DNA from: Anaerolineales bacterium
Lineage (GTDB): Bacteria > Chloroflexota > Anaerolineae > Anaerolineales > E44-bin32
Assembly (NCBI GenBank): GCA_037379555.1
Contig: JARRJK010000014.1
Span: 1 to 58,552, forward strand
Length of the DNA stretch: 58,552 nucleotides
Direction: 5' to 3'
Part shown: piece by piece, positions 31,697-41,733 of the stretch
Numbering within the stretch: the first letter of the stretch is position 1
Layout: each line of letters opens with the position of its first letter
Notes under the pieces: model-generated
Databases searched by the model: none
What the model saw: only the letters and a program-made list of their open reading frames with translations
Told to the model about the DNA's origin: nothing
Translations under genes and position numbers: made by a program

Positions 31697-32941
31697 ATGA
31701 GTGCATGGAGCATTGCCTATAAGGACCTGCAGATCCTGCTCAAGGATCGCGGATCGTTGTTTCAACTGTTCATGCTGCCGCTGGTGTTCATCCTGGTCGT
31801 CGCCGGCGCCTTCAGCGGCATGGATACAAATACCGCAGACACACGCGTTCCACTGTCCGTAGTGGATCTTGACGGCGGCCAACACGCTCAAGCGCTGATC
31901 GAAGGGATTGGTCAGGCTGGCGGCGTCTCCGTCAAGCTGACGAACCCTTCGGAGGGACAGGCACAACTCGAGGCGGGCGAAATCCAACGCCTGCTCACGA
32001 TCCCCGCCGACTTCAGTTCCTCTGTCGACCAGAACATCTCAGTCATCCTGCGGCTCACAAATCAAAACGATGCCGATGCCCAGCAGACCGAGGCGGTAAA
32101 ACTGGTTGTGGAAGGCGCGGCGCAGGATTTAGCGCTGGAGTTCCAGATCCTTGCCAGCCTGCAGCAGATGGGCGAAATGATGGCAAGCAGCCCGCCCGAG
32201 TTTCAGCGGGCATTTACGGTCGAACGCATCCAGCAGCAGGCCCGAACGCAGTTTGAAGCCGCGCATATGCAACCGCTGGTCGACGTCCAGCAGCGCGTCC
32301 CTCTCGCCGGTGGCGAGCGGGAGCAGGAACCGAGTTTCGTCCAGACAAGCGTCCCCGGCTTTACGGTGCTGTTCGTCTTTCTAGCCGCGCAGAGCACCGC
32401 TCGCTCGATCCACGACGAGAAGAAGAGCGGTTCATTCCGGCGGCTGCTCGCCGCCCCGATCAGCAAGGCATCGCTTCTGGTCGGGAAGACCCTTCCCAGT
32501 TTCATCCTGGCTTTAGTCCAATTCGGTGTGATCTTCTTCGTCGGCAGAGTCGCTTTCGGATGGCTTGGGTTCCCGCCGATCAGCCTCGGCCACGATGCGA
32601 TCGCCCTCATCCTGACGGCGGTCGTGATCGCCTTCTGCGCCAGCACGATGGGCATCCTGATCGCATCGCTAGCGCACACCGAAGCACAGGTCGGCGGCGT
32701 GAGCACCCTGCTGCTCTGGGGATTGGGCATCATCGGGGGTTCGATCATCCCAACCTTCATCCTGGACCGCATCCTGGGGCCGCTGCCGCGCATCGCACCG
32801 CACTACTGGGCGAATCGGGCGCTGGATGATCTCATGCTGCGCAACCTGCCGCTCCCCGACATCCTGCCTGAGCTCGGTTTCTTGCTCGGGTTCGCAGCGC
32901 TCTTCATCGTCATCGGCCTCTGGCGCTTTGATTTCGAGTGA
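31697..32941 (+). CDS. ABC-2 type permease
   Basis: IAYKDL..LLKDR, EKKSGSFRRLLAAP, PHYWA. Confidence 0.9.
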   Translation: MSAWSIAYKDLQILLKDRGSLFQLFMLPLVFILVVAGAFSGMDTNTADTRVPLSVVDLDGGQHAQALIEGIGQAGGVSVKLTNPSEGQAQLEAGEIQRLLTIPADFSSSVDQNISVILRLTNQNDADAQQTEAVKLVVEGAAQDLALEFQILASLQQMGEMMASSPPEFQRAFTVERIQQQARTQFEAAHMQPLVDVQQRVPLAGGEREQEPSFVQTSVPGFTVLFVFLAAQSTARSIHDEKKSGSFRRLLAAPISKASLLVGKTLPSFILALVQFGVIFFVGRVAFGWLGFPPISLGHDAIALILTAVVIAFCASTMGILIASLAHTEAQVGGVSTLLLWGLGIIGGSIIPTFILDRILGPLPRIAPHYWANRALDDLMLRNLPLPDILPELGFLLGFAALFIVIGLWRFDFE

Positions 32942-32953
32942 GGGAGGGGAAGC

Positions 32954-34213
32954 ATGAATACACTGTCAACGATGCTCGCCGTCGCCTGGAAGGAACTGAA
33001 GGTTATCGTCCGGGACCGCGGCAATCTGATCCTGATGCTCCTGCTCCCCCTGCTGCTGAGCAGTGTGCAGAGCGCAGCCAACCTCTCAACGCAGGAAGAA
33101 GGCGAAGCGGCCATTCTGCTTCACGTCGGGCTGGTAAACGAGGACGCCGGCGATTTCGGCCGCGAATCCATGAATGCAATCATGGACATCGATGAACTCG
33201 ACGTTCAACTCTTCGGCGCCCTGGAGAATGCGGAGGCACTCGTCGCCCGGGGTGAACTGGCTGCCGTGATCCACTTCCCGGCTACCTTTACGGATGATAT
33301 CAACGCCCACCGGCAAACCACAGTCGACGTGATCGTCGACCCGGCGCAGCCGGAGAGTGCCGGAATCGTCACCGGGATCATGAACCAGGTCGTCGACGAG
33401 GTCACGATCTGGGGCGAAGTGGGATACGGCATCCATACAATGTTCGAAGCCTCCGGCCTGCTGGCGAACACCAGCGAGGAAGAACAACGCGGATTGGAGG
33501 CGATGAACCTGGGCGTGATCATGACCCGTCTGGGAGAGATGCGCAGCAACCCGCTGATCAGCCTGATCAGCGAGGACCTCGAAGGCGTTCAGACCGAAGA
33601 CTGGTTCGCCTCCTTTATGGCATACATCTTCGCCGGCTATGTGGCGATGTTCATCTTCTTCATCGTCCCGCTGTCCGCCGAATCGATCGTACAGGAACGC
33701 GATTCCGGTACGCTGCGGCGCCTGATTGCAGCCCCGATCGCACCTGGAGCGGTGATAGGCGGCAAGCTCCTTGCATACATGGTCATCCCCTGCGTCCAGG
33801 CGGTGCTGATCTTTGGCCTGGCCTCGATCGCCTTCGACATCCCGCTCGGAAATTCGCCGCTTGCATTAGCCGTGGTGACAGTCGTAGCGGCCATCACGGC
33901 GGCAGCTTTCGGCTTGGCGATCGCCAGCGTGGCGAAGACCTCCAGCCAGGCGTCCAACCTGGGAGTCGCGGCAGGCTTCATCCTGGCAATCATCGGCGGA
34001 GCGGTGCCAATCGGAAGTCAACCGTTTTCACGTGCTGATGGCTTTATCTCGATCATCGCCCGGCTGACGCCGCAGGCGCACGCTCTGGAGGGCTACCTGA
34101 GAGTGATGGCAGATGGCGAAGGCCTGATGGCGGTCCTGCCGGAAGCCGGCATCCTGTTCGCATTCGCGGCGGTTTTCCTGATCATCGCCGCCCGCAGGTT
34201 CCGCTATGACTGA
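32954..34213 (+). CDS. ABC-2 type permease
   Basis: VAWKEL..RDR, ERDSGTLRRLIAAP, TPQAHA. Confidence 0.9.
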   Translation: MNTLSTMLAVAWKELKVIVRDRGNLILMLLLPLLLSSVQSAANLSTQEEGEAAILLHVGLVNEDAGDFGRESMNAIMDIDELDVQLFGALENAEALVARGELAAVIHFPATFTDDINAHRQTTVDVIVDPAQPESAGIVTGIMNQVVDEVTIWGEVGYGIHTMFEASGLLANTSEEEQRGLEAMNLGVIMTRLGEMRSNPLISLISEDLEGVQTEDWFASFMAYIFAGYVAMFIFFIVPLSAESIVQERDSGTLRRLIAAPIAPGAVIGGKLLAYMVIPCVQAVLIFGLASIAFDIPLGNSPLALAVVTVVAAITAAAFGLAIASVAKTSSQASNLGVAAGFILAIIGGAVPIGSQPFSRADGFISIIARLTPQAHALEGYLRVMADGEGLMAVLPEAGILFAFAAVFLIIAARRFRYD

Positions 34214-34433
34214 TGAGCTAGAGAACAGCGGGAGGAAACGCGTCCGGATCCACATCCGCGGTCGGATCGATCCGGAGTGGATGACCTGGTTTGAGGGCCT
34301 GGAAATTGATCCCGACGCAGACGAGACGACTATCCTTCAGGGCGAGGTCGCCGATCAGAGCGCGCTGTACGGGATCCTCGCCCGGCTGCGCGACCTTGGG
34401 ATCGAACTGCTTTCGGTCGAGCAGATCAGCTGA
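34206..34433 (+). CDS. Small conserved hypothetical protein (ACT/ferredoxin-like fold suspected)
   Basis: IHIRGRIDPEWMTWFEGL...DQSALYGILARLRDLGIELLSV; overlaps the permease stop. Confidence 0.75.
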   Translation: MTDELENSGRKRVRIHIRGRIDPEWMTWFEGLEIDPDADETTILQGEVADQSALYGILARLRDLGIELLSVEQIS

Positions 34434-34479
34434 TCACGCGAATGTGAGCTGAAGTCCGACTGTATGGACTGAGCATCAT

Positions 34480-34509
34480 CATCGGGGCGACCGGCCGGTC
34501 GCCCCGATG
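34480..34509. terminator. Perfect 30-bp palindrome after the ABC-2 operon (probable terminator)
   Basis: CATCGGGGCGACCGG|CCGGTCGCCCCGATG. Confidence 0.55.
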
Positions 34510-34854
34510 CATATGTTCCCGGGACGTAATGATAATCATGACGAACCTGCAAACCTGAGTTACCCGCTTGTCGCCGGATGACTGCAGGGCAGCCTTGCCT
34601 GCAGACGATGATTCATGGATTTCTGTACGCTGCCCAGAGACTTACATTTACACCCATAAGAGCACCAGGTGAGGCATTGGGCCTTCAGCGAAATTAAGGC
34701 ATTTCCCGCGCTCTTGATACAACTTCACGATGGAAATTCAACCTGAATTATGGATCATTCGTGACATAAATTTCGCCAATTGAGCTGCACACACCCAGGG
34801 CAAACTACGCGTTGCGTGCGTCCAATTGGCAGGCATCACGAGGAGGATGCATCA

Positions 34855-35473
34855 ATGAAGTGGAATACTCTCAAACTCTCAGGTGCACTGGTACTGATGG
34901 CGGTCCTGGCTGGTTGCGGATCTGTCAACGGAAACGCGGCTGCGCCTTCCTATTCCATGGCCGATACGCTCACCGTAACGGGCTACGGCGAGGCGCGCAG
35001 CGACCCGGATATGGCCACCATCTCGGTCGGAGTCAACATTTCCGACACCGAGATCAGCACCGCGGTGGAGAGGTCAAATGAGCTGATCGCCGACATACCA
35101 CGTCGACAGCACAATGCAGGTCAACATCCGCACGATCGGGAACGTCGGCAAGGTGCTCGAGACCGCGCTCAGCCATGGGGCCAACAATGTCTATGGTCTG
35201 AACTTCGGTATCCAGGAGACCGGACCGCTCACGGCCGAAGCCAGGACGGCTGCGATCGCCGACGCGCGCCAGCGCGCTCAAGCCATGGCCCAGGAACTCG
35301 GCGTGACGCTGGGCGACGTGAGTTCAGCCAGCGATCAGTCCGGAGGCGTTGTCTACCCGAACTTCGTCGGCGCCGGCTACGGGATCGGCGGCGGTGCGGG
35401 CGAGCCCCCGATCAGCCAGGGCCAGATGTCGGTCAGCGTTTCGGTGAGCGTGACTTTCGAAATCACACATTGA
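34855..35473 (+). pseudogene. SIMPL (DUF541) lipoprotein with internal deletion/frameshift near 35095
   Basis: GAGGAGG SD, lipobox LAGC, LTVTGYGE...PDMATISVGV. The second frame reads TYHVDSTMQV...GANNVYGLNF...AIADARQRA..LA..LG...VSVTF. Confidence 0.8.
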
Positions 35474-35488
35474 TAAAGCCCAGTTGAA

Positions 35489-35515
35489 GCAGGGGCGGCG
35501 TCATTCCGCCCCTGC
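35489..35515 (+). terminator. GC hairpin after the SIMPL gene
   Basis: GCAGGGGCGG-7 nt-CCGCCCCTGC, 10-bp stem, no U tract. Confidence 0.5.
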
Positions 35516-35911
35516 GCGGACCGATCAGACATTCACCCAGATCCTTCGAACCCATCCAGACTCTCGCCGCCCATTTGGATACGGGGTTGCAAGCGCGCTC
35601 TGCCCCTGCAACCCCCCATTGAGATGCTTTGGGAGAGGTCAACGCGAATTGTCCTCAACACAGCGAGTGATCGCCCCTGCTTTCGTCCCTCAGCTGATTT
35701 CATTGCATGGATAATCCCTTGGGGTTGTCATCCAAACGTCACCCTGCCGATCGATCCGGCAACCCGATTTCGAGCAACCCGGCCGGCTCGGCACTGAGCT
35801 GTCTCCTCTATAGACGTGCTCCAACTTGATGCTTAATCAGCTTCAGGAGTAATACAGATCAGGAATGAGCTGTGTGTGTCGGCTGAGCGCCAACCCTGAT
35901 CCTCCAGAACA

Positions 35912-35962
35912 TACGCTGAATAACGCTGGCTCCTACGCTGGGTAACGATGATTCTGTACAGT
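35912..35962 (+). promoter_or_regulatory. Four phased heptamer direct repeats (SARP/OmpR-type operator) plus -10 candidate
   Basis: TACGCTG 35912, AACGCTG 35922, TACGCTG 35934, AACGATG 35944; TACAGT at 35957. Confidence 0.6.
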
Positions 35963-36017
35963 GTGGTCAAATCACGAGCCGCTCCCAGTGGATGCGGACC
36001 AGGAAAAGGAGCCGATC

Positions 36018-36557
36018 ATGTTGCAGAAGCAGTCCATCTCCCGAAATCAAGTCGTCTACCTCATCATAGCCGTCAGCGCCCTGGCGCTCATCGTATCCGT
36101 CAGTCTGATCCATCGTGCAGGCTACATCCAATTCTCCAATTTCATCTCCGGGCCAGCAGCCGTGGACGGCACGCTGCTGGGCAACCCCCGCGTAATGCAA
36201 GCTGAGATCAACCGTCTCAATGGGCTGGCGGGAGAAACCCTCAACCTCTACGGGAGCACGGCCCGAATCAACGCTGAGAACTCGACCTCGATGACGGTCG
36301 ATGCGCAGCGCCTGAACGCGGTCGCGGGCCGGTTGTTCAATCTTCACGGCAGCACAGCCTGGGTGCATGCAGAGCTGACGGCCGCGATGCGGGTCCAGGC
36401 GGATCGCTTGAACAAGGCCGCAGGACATTACCTCAACCTGTACGGAAGCACCGCATGGGTGCGTGGTGGATTGACCCCTGCGCAGAAAGTCGAAGCCCAG
36501 CGCTTGCAAGGACTGGCGGGGGAATATGTCAACCTCTTCGGCACCACCGCCCGCTGA
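36018..36557 (+). CDS. Membrane-anchored protein with about 3.7 tandem 32-aa repeats, unknown function
   Basis: AAAAGGAG SD; one N-terminal TM; NL(Y/H/F)G(S/T)TA motifs start at 36243, 36339, 36435 and 36531 (exact 96-nt period). Confidence 0.8.
   Translation: MLQKQSISRNQVVYLIIAVSALALIVSVSLIHRAGYIQFSNFISGPAAVDGTLLGNPRVMQAEINRLNGLAGETLNLYGSTARINAENSTSMTVDAQRLNAVAGRLFNLHGSTAWVHAELTAAMRVQADRLNKAAGHYLNLYGSTAWVRGGLTPAQKVEAQRLQGLAGEYVNLFGTTAR
36198..36554 (+). repeat. 96-nt degenerate coding tandem repeat
   Basis: Consensus V.AQRLN..AG...NLYGSTAW......M. Confidence 0.8.
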
Positions 36558-36886
36558 ACTCCGGTGGGAAAAGACAGAAGCATCCGCCATTGATTGGGAG
36601 ACAGGAGGAGTCGAAGCGCCTAACAGCCGATGCGTAAGGATAGCTCCCCGAGAAGCCCTGGACCAAGCTAAACTGGTCCAGGGCTTGATCTTCACTCTCG
36701 AGTGGATTGCTTTCAAAGCCAACCCCCGCCTGTCTCCTGATCCTGCTGCAGCCCTGTGATCCCCGAAGGCCCTTCTGGTTCAGGTTGGCTGATCTGCGCC
36801 CCTTCTTGCTATAATCTAGGCGCAAGCCAATCTTGGTCAGCGCCTCTGGGCCCTTGTTTGTTCTCCCCGGGAAATGGCAGCGGGGT

Positions 36887-39800
36887 ATGACCCTTAAAAT
36901 ACATCTCCTCGGTCAATTCAAACTTGAACACCTGGAGGCCCCTCTCGAATTGCCCTCCAGACCGGCTCAATCGTTATTTGCCTATCTGGTCCTCAACCCA
37001 GACATCTCCCATCGAAGGGAAAAACTTGCCGGCCTGATTTGGCCGGATTCCGACGAAACCAATGCACGGAATTACCTGCGTCAGGCTTTATGGCGGATAC
37101 GGAAGAGTCTCGAAGGATCTGAGATCGAGTGGGAGCAGTATCTGAAGATCGACAGGATCAACGTCAGCTTCGACTCGAGTTCTGATCACTGGCTTGACGC
37201 AAGCCTTCTTCTTCGACAGGCAGAAACGCCGTCTCACGATGAGTTGATCGAAGCTGCGGCTGCGTACCAGGGCGAACTGCTGCCGGGTTTTTACGACGAA
37301 TGGATCGGGATCGAGCGCGATCGCCTCAACTCAGCCTACCATCAGAAAATGAATTTACTCCTTCAGGAGCTGCGGAAATCGCGCGCATGGGATCAAGTGC
37401 TGGAATGGGGCGAACAGTGGATCCGGTTCGGGAACTCCCCCGAGCCTGCTTTCCGGGCTGTGATGGAAGCGTACGCCGAACTCGGGCAGACGAGCATGAT
37501 CAGGACGGTATATGAACGATGCTGTGAGGCTCTCGAACGTGAGCTCGGGCTGGAACCATCTGCGGCGACGCGCAGCTTGCTTGAACGCCTGGAGAGATCA
37601 ACCCGGGATGTCGATCGCAAGCCCGATGTCACAGTCCCGGGCTGGTCGCCGATGCTGCTTGATGAAGCAATCCCTGATCCCGCCGAATCTCCCGCCTTCG
37701 TAGCCCGCGAAGCAGAGCTGGCACAGCTCGACCATCATCTTCAATCAGCCCTGCAGAGAGATGGCAGAGTTGTCTTCGTCATCGGTGATGCCGGCAGCGG
37801 CAAGACGGCTCTACTCAAGGAATTCACCCATCGTGCACTTGAAGGATATCCGGCGCTGATTGTGGCGAGTGGCAACTGCAATGCACAAACCGGGATGGGT
37901 GACCCCTACCTGCCCCTGCGGGAAATCTTGGGCATGCTCACTGGGGATATCGAAGCCCGTTCCAAAGCCGGGGTCATAACTCGGGACCATGCACTTCGAT
38001 TGTGGAACATCATGCCCGAGACAGCCCGCATCATGGTCGAATGTGGCCAGGGTTTGATCGATACATTCGTAACCGGGACCAGTCTCCTTCAACGCACAGG
38101 GGCATCCATGCCGGATGAAGCCGGTTGGCAGGCTGAACTACAGAATCTCGTAGGCTTCGACAAATCGAGGCTCCCCGATCCCGTGCCCGTTCAGAATGCG
38201 CTCTTCGAACAGTACACTCGCGTGCTTCAAACACTCTCACGGCATGTGCCTCTCATGCTTGTCCTGGACGACCTGCAGTGGGCTGACACCGGAACAATCG
38301 GCCTGCTTTTCCATATCAGCCGGCAGCTTGCCGGCTGCCCGATCCTGATCGTAGGAGCATATCGACGGGAGGAGGTCGCGGCTGGCCGCCGTGGCGAACG
38401 CCATCCATTGGAAGCCGTGATCCATGAAATCCAGCGCGAGTATGGAGCGATTTCTGTCAACCTGAGTGATGCGGACCAGCGGGCTTTCGTCGATGCCATT
38501 CTGGACTCGGAACCGAACCGGCTTGATCCACCCTTCCGTGAGATGCTTTACCGGCAAACCCACGGACATCCGCTCTTTACGGTCGAGCTGCTGCGGGGGA
38601 TGCAGGAGCGCGGAGACCTCACAAGAGATGATCAGGGATGCTGGTTCGCCGCTTCGAATTTGGATTGGGAAACCATGCCGGCGCGCGTGGAGGCAGTCGT
38701 TGCAGAGCGGATCGCCCGTCTTGATCCTCAACTCCAAGCTATCCTGCAGACCGCGAGTGTGGAGGGAGAGGTTTTTACGGCGGAGGTCATCTCCAGGATC
38801 TTAGGGGTTGAAGAGGGGAAAATGCTTTCCCTCCTGAGCAACGAGCTGGATCGCAAGCACCGGCTCATTTCTGCTGAAAGCATACAGCGCGTCAATGGTC
38901 ATTTCCTCTCCCGATACCGGTTCCGGCACATCCTTTTTCAGAAATATATGTACAGCAGTCTTGACGAAATTGAGAAGACCCACCTGCACGAGAGAGTCGG
39001 CACCAATCTCGAATCGCTCTACGAATCCGGCGAGGAACTCCTGCCTGATGCATTGCAGCTGGCCCGGCAATTCGAGCAGGCGGGGGACATCAAGAAGACG
39101 ATCCGCTATCTGTACGAGGCAGGCAGAAGGGCGATTCAGCTCTCCGCATATGAGGACGGCAGCGCCCACCTTTGCAAAGGCTTGGAACTGCTAAGCAGGC
39201 TCCCCAAAAACAGCGAGCGCGATGAATTGGAACTCAGGCTCCAGTTGGAGATCAGCCTCACCTGGAAGTACAACTGGGGCTCGCCGGAGGGGATTAAGGC
39301 CATCGAACGTACAAGCGAGTTGTGCCGCCAGCTGGATAAGCCGGCTCCGATGTCGCGTGCCATGGGGGAACTGGCGACATACCACTACGTGAAGGCTGAA
39401 TACAAGTGGGCCGTCGAATATGCCCGGGAGGCGCTTCGCCTGGCTCGGCAAGCGGAGGATCCGCTTCTTGTTGCTGAGGGTCATTGGCTGCTGGGTCTTC
39501 TGCATTTCTGCCTGGGTGACTACCTGAAAGCCAGTGATCACCTGGGGGAAATTTCCGAATTCTACATACCCGAAGAACACCATCACGCGATCATCCAGCT
39601 GCGCGGTGTCGACAGTGGACTCAGTGCCATGGCTTACCATGCCTGCTGCCTCTGGTGCCTCGGTTACCCGGACCAGGCGCTGGAGCGCAGCCAGCAGGCA
39701 ATCTCACTCGCCCGCAAATTCAACCACCCCTTCACACTGGCGGATGTTCTCTGCTATGCGGGTTGTATGTTCAACGCGATGTATCGGGATGCCCAGGCCC

Positions 39801-40384
39801 TGAATCAGCACGCGGAGCAGTTGGTACAGCTTTCAAATGAGAAGCTGCTCTCCTTATCCGGGTGGCTGGGAATGGGCACTTGTTTCCAGGGCAGTGCGCT
39901 GGCCATGCTGGGCAGGCCGCAAAAAGCGATCAAAGAGATTCGAACAGGCATCGCGATCAGCGAAAAAAGCGGCATCCATCTCTATCGCCCCGTCGCCCTC
40001 CGTTTTCTGGCGGCGGCGCAGATGGAAAACGGCCAGGCACGGGAAGGGCTTGAATCTCTGGTTGAAGCGATTTCGCTCGTGGAGGAAATTGATGATCGCA
40101 ACTGGGAAGCCGACCTCTACCGGCTGCAGGGAGAATGCCTCGCAATCCTGGGCGACATTGCTGAAGCTGAGAACAGTCTGAGGCAGGCGCTCGATATCGC
40201 CCGCAAGCAGAACGCGAAGTCGTGGGAATTGAGGGCCTCAATCAGTTTGGCTCGTCTCTGGCAGCAGGCTGGCAAACGGGATCAAGCTCGCAAGCTTATG
40301 GAAGAGATCTTGAGCTGGTTTACAGAAGGTTCCGGCACGCCCGATCATCTCGAAGCCAGAAGGCTTCTCGACGAGCTCTCCTGA
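36887..40384 (+). CDS. SARP/BTAD-AAA ATPase-TPR transcriptional regulator (STAND-like)
   Basis: IHLLGQF..LFAYL..RREKLAGLIWPD (wHTH); YQGELLPG..ELGLEPS (BTAD); FVAREAEL, GDAGSGKT, LDDLQWAD; TPR tail AKSWELRA. Confidence 0.9.
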   Translation: MTLKIHLLGQFKLEHLEAPLELPSRPAQSLFAYLVLNPDISHRREKLAGLIWPDSDETNARNYLRQALWRIRKSLEGSEIEWEQYLKIDRINVSFDSSSDHWLDASLLLRQAETPSHDELIEAAAAYQGELLPGFYDEWIGIERDRLNSAYHQKMNLLLQELRKSRAWDQVLEWGEQWIRFGNSPEPAFRAVMEAYAELGQTSMIRTVYERCCEALERELGLEPSAATRSLLERLERSTRDVDRKPDVTVPGWSPMLLDEAIPDPAESPAFVAREAELAQLDHHLQSALQRDGRVVFVIGDAGSGKTALLKEFTHRALEGYPALIVASGNCNAQTGMGDPYLPLREILGMLTGDIEARSKAGVITRDHALRLWNIMPETARIMVECGQGLIDTFVTGTSLLQRTGASMPDEAGWQAELQNLVGFDKSRLPDPVPVQNALFEQYTRVLQTLSRHVPLMLVLDDLQWADTGTIGLLFHISRQLAGCPILIVGAYRREEVAAGRRGERHPLEAVIHEIQREYGAISVNLSDADQRAFVDAILDSEPNRLDPPFREMLYRQTHGHPLFTVELLRGMQERGDLTRDDQGCWFAASNLDWETMPARVEAVVAERIARLDPQLQAILQTASVEGEVFTAEVISRILGVEEGKMLSLLSNELDRKHRLISAESIQRVNGHFLSRYRFRHILFQKYMYSSLDEIEKTHLHERVGTNLESLYESGEELLPDALQLARQFEQAGDIKKTIRYLYEAGRRAIQLSAYEDGSAHLCKGLELLSRLPKNSERDELELRLQLEISLTWKYNWGSPEGIKAIERTSELCRQLDKPAPMSRAMGELATYHYVKAEYKWAVEYAREALRLARQAEDPLLVAEGHWLLGLLHFCLGDYLKASDHLGEISEFYIPEEHHHAIIQLRGVDSGLSAMAYHACCLWCLGYPDQALERSQQAISLARKFNHPFTLADVLCYAGCMFNAMYRDAQALNQHAEQLVQLSNEKLLSLSGWLGMGTCFQGSALAMLGRPQKAIKEIRTGIAISEKSGIHLYRPVALRFLAAAQMENGQAREGLESLVEAISLVEEIDDRNWEADLYRLQGECLAILGDIAEAENSLRQALDIARKQNAKSWELRASISLARLWQQAGKRDQARKLMEEILSWFTEGSGTPDHLEARRLLDELS

Positions 40385-40506
40385 ACCAAATCGCATCCAC
40401 CCCGCTGATCAACCAATCAATGGAGCACATACCTGGATTGTCCGGGGGCTGCAAGCAGGGGCGGGCTAGTGGAAAATTCTACACGCTGGTGACGTTCTGC
40501 CGATGC

Positions 40507-41733
40507 CTATGAATCGGCGTCAAGGCAAACGGAACCAGCCTCGTGGGCATTTAGCCGCAGCATGGCCAGGATGCCCAGCAGGGGCCCCGGGACGAGGAAG
40601 GCGAAGGCCCAGCGCCAGCCGAACAGCGCTTCGAGTTGCGGGATCAGCCAGATCGTCGCCACCGTCACCGTGAACCCGGCTGCCAGCTGTACGGTGAGCG
40701 CGGTGCCGACATAGGATTGATCGGCCAGTTCCGTGACCAACGTGGAGAATTGCGCCGAGTCGGCCACGACCGCGAACCCCCATACCAAACCCACCGCAAG
40801 CACGAGCCAGGGCGAAGCCTGGTAGAAAAGGCCGATGACCAGCGCACAGGTCCCGGAGATAGCCATCATCAGGATCGTCGTGCGCGCCCTGCCCCAACGA
40901 TCAGCCAGGACCCCTCCTGCCCAGCATCCAAGGGATCCAGCGCAGAAGATCCCGAAGGTCGCATAAGCAGCTAGGGAACTCTCCTGCAAGCCGTTGTAGC
41001 TCAACACTGCGGTGAAGAATACAAGAAACCAGGCATACATCGCGAACAGCTCCCACATATGGCCGACATATCCGAGCGCAGCCAACCGTACGCCGCGATT
41101 TGAGAACACGCGGCGGATCTGGCGTGGGTCAAAGACCGCTGATGGGAAGGGATACGGACCCTCACGGATCGAGATCTCCGTTACGACACCGCCCAGCAAG
41201 GTCATGGCGGATGTGGCGAAGATCACCAGCTGCCAGTCGAGGCCGCCAAGCCCGTTGACGAGGTGTGGCAAGCCGTTTCCGAGCACAATCGCTGCCGCCA
41301 AGATTCCGAGCGCCAGCCCGCGCGCCTCGCGGAACCAGGTCGACATGAGCTTGAACGCCGGCGGATAAACTCCGGCTAGAAAAAACCCGGTTGCAAAGCG
41401 GAGCGCGATTCCCGCTGCCGGTCCACCGGAGAAGAAGAGCAGCAGGTTCGCCAGGGCGCTTCCAAGTGCTCCGGCGAAAATGACGTGGCGCGGCGCGATC
41501 AGATCTGCCAGGTTGAATAAGCTCGATACCACGGCCCCGGTTACGAAACCGATCTGGACCGCAATCGTCAGCCAGGCGGAGGCACCCGGTGAAAGGTTCC
41601 AGAGTTCTCGCAGTTGCGGAATGACAGCGGAGGCCGAGAACCAGGTGGACATGGAGAGAACGAGGGTGATGGCCAGCAGAGTCAGTGCTCGCCAGCGATT
41701 GGATTTACGGGGAATGGAGACGCTGCTTTGGAT
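40507..41733 (-). CDS. MFS transporter, probable non-canonical ATC start
   Basis: WFSASAV, LAGVYPP, GHMWELFAM and DSAQFS motifs. TM1 (RWRALTLL...) lies upstream of the first ATG (41652). SD AGGAAAGGAG is 7 nt before the ATC at 41733. Confidence 0.85.
   Translation of the reverse strand: MQSSVSIPRKSNRWRALTLLAITLVLSMSTWFSASAVIPQLRELWNLSPGASAWLTIAVQIGFVTGAVVSSLFNLADLIAPRHVIFAGALGSALANLLLFFSGGPAAGIALRFATGFFLAGVYPPAFKLMSTWFREARGLALGILAAAIVLGNGLPHLVNGLGGLDWQLVIFATSAMTLLGGVVTEISIREGPYPFPSAVFDPRQIRRVFSNRGVRLAALGYVGHMWELFAMYAWFLVFFTAVLSYNGLQESSLAAYATFGIFCAGSLGCWAGGVLADRWGRARTTILMMAISGTCALVIGLFYQASPWLVLAVGLVWGFAVVADSAQFSTLVTELADQSYVGTALTVQLAAGFTVTVATIWLIPQLEALFGWRWAFAFLVPGPLLGILAMLRLNAHEAGSVCLDADS

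Noticed and set aside
36198-36554. CRISPR array or NLR-associated amyloid signalling motif
   Set aside because: The repeats are degenerate, in-frame and coding, with no unique spacers or cas genes. They look helical, and the adjacent STAND protein has no matching N-terminal motif.
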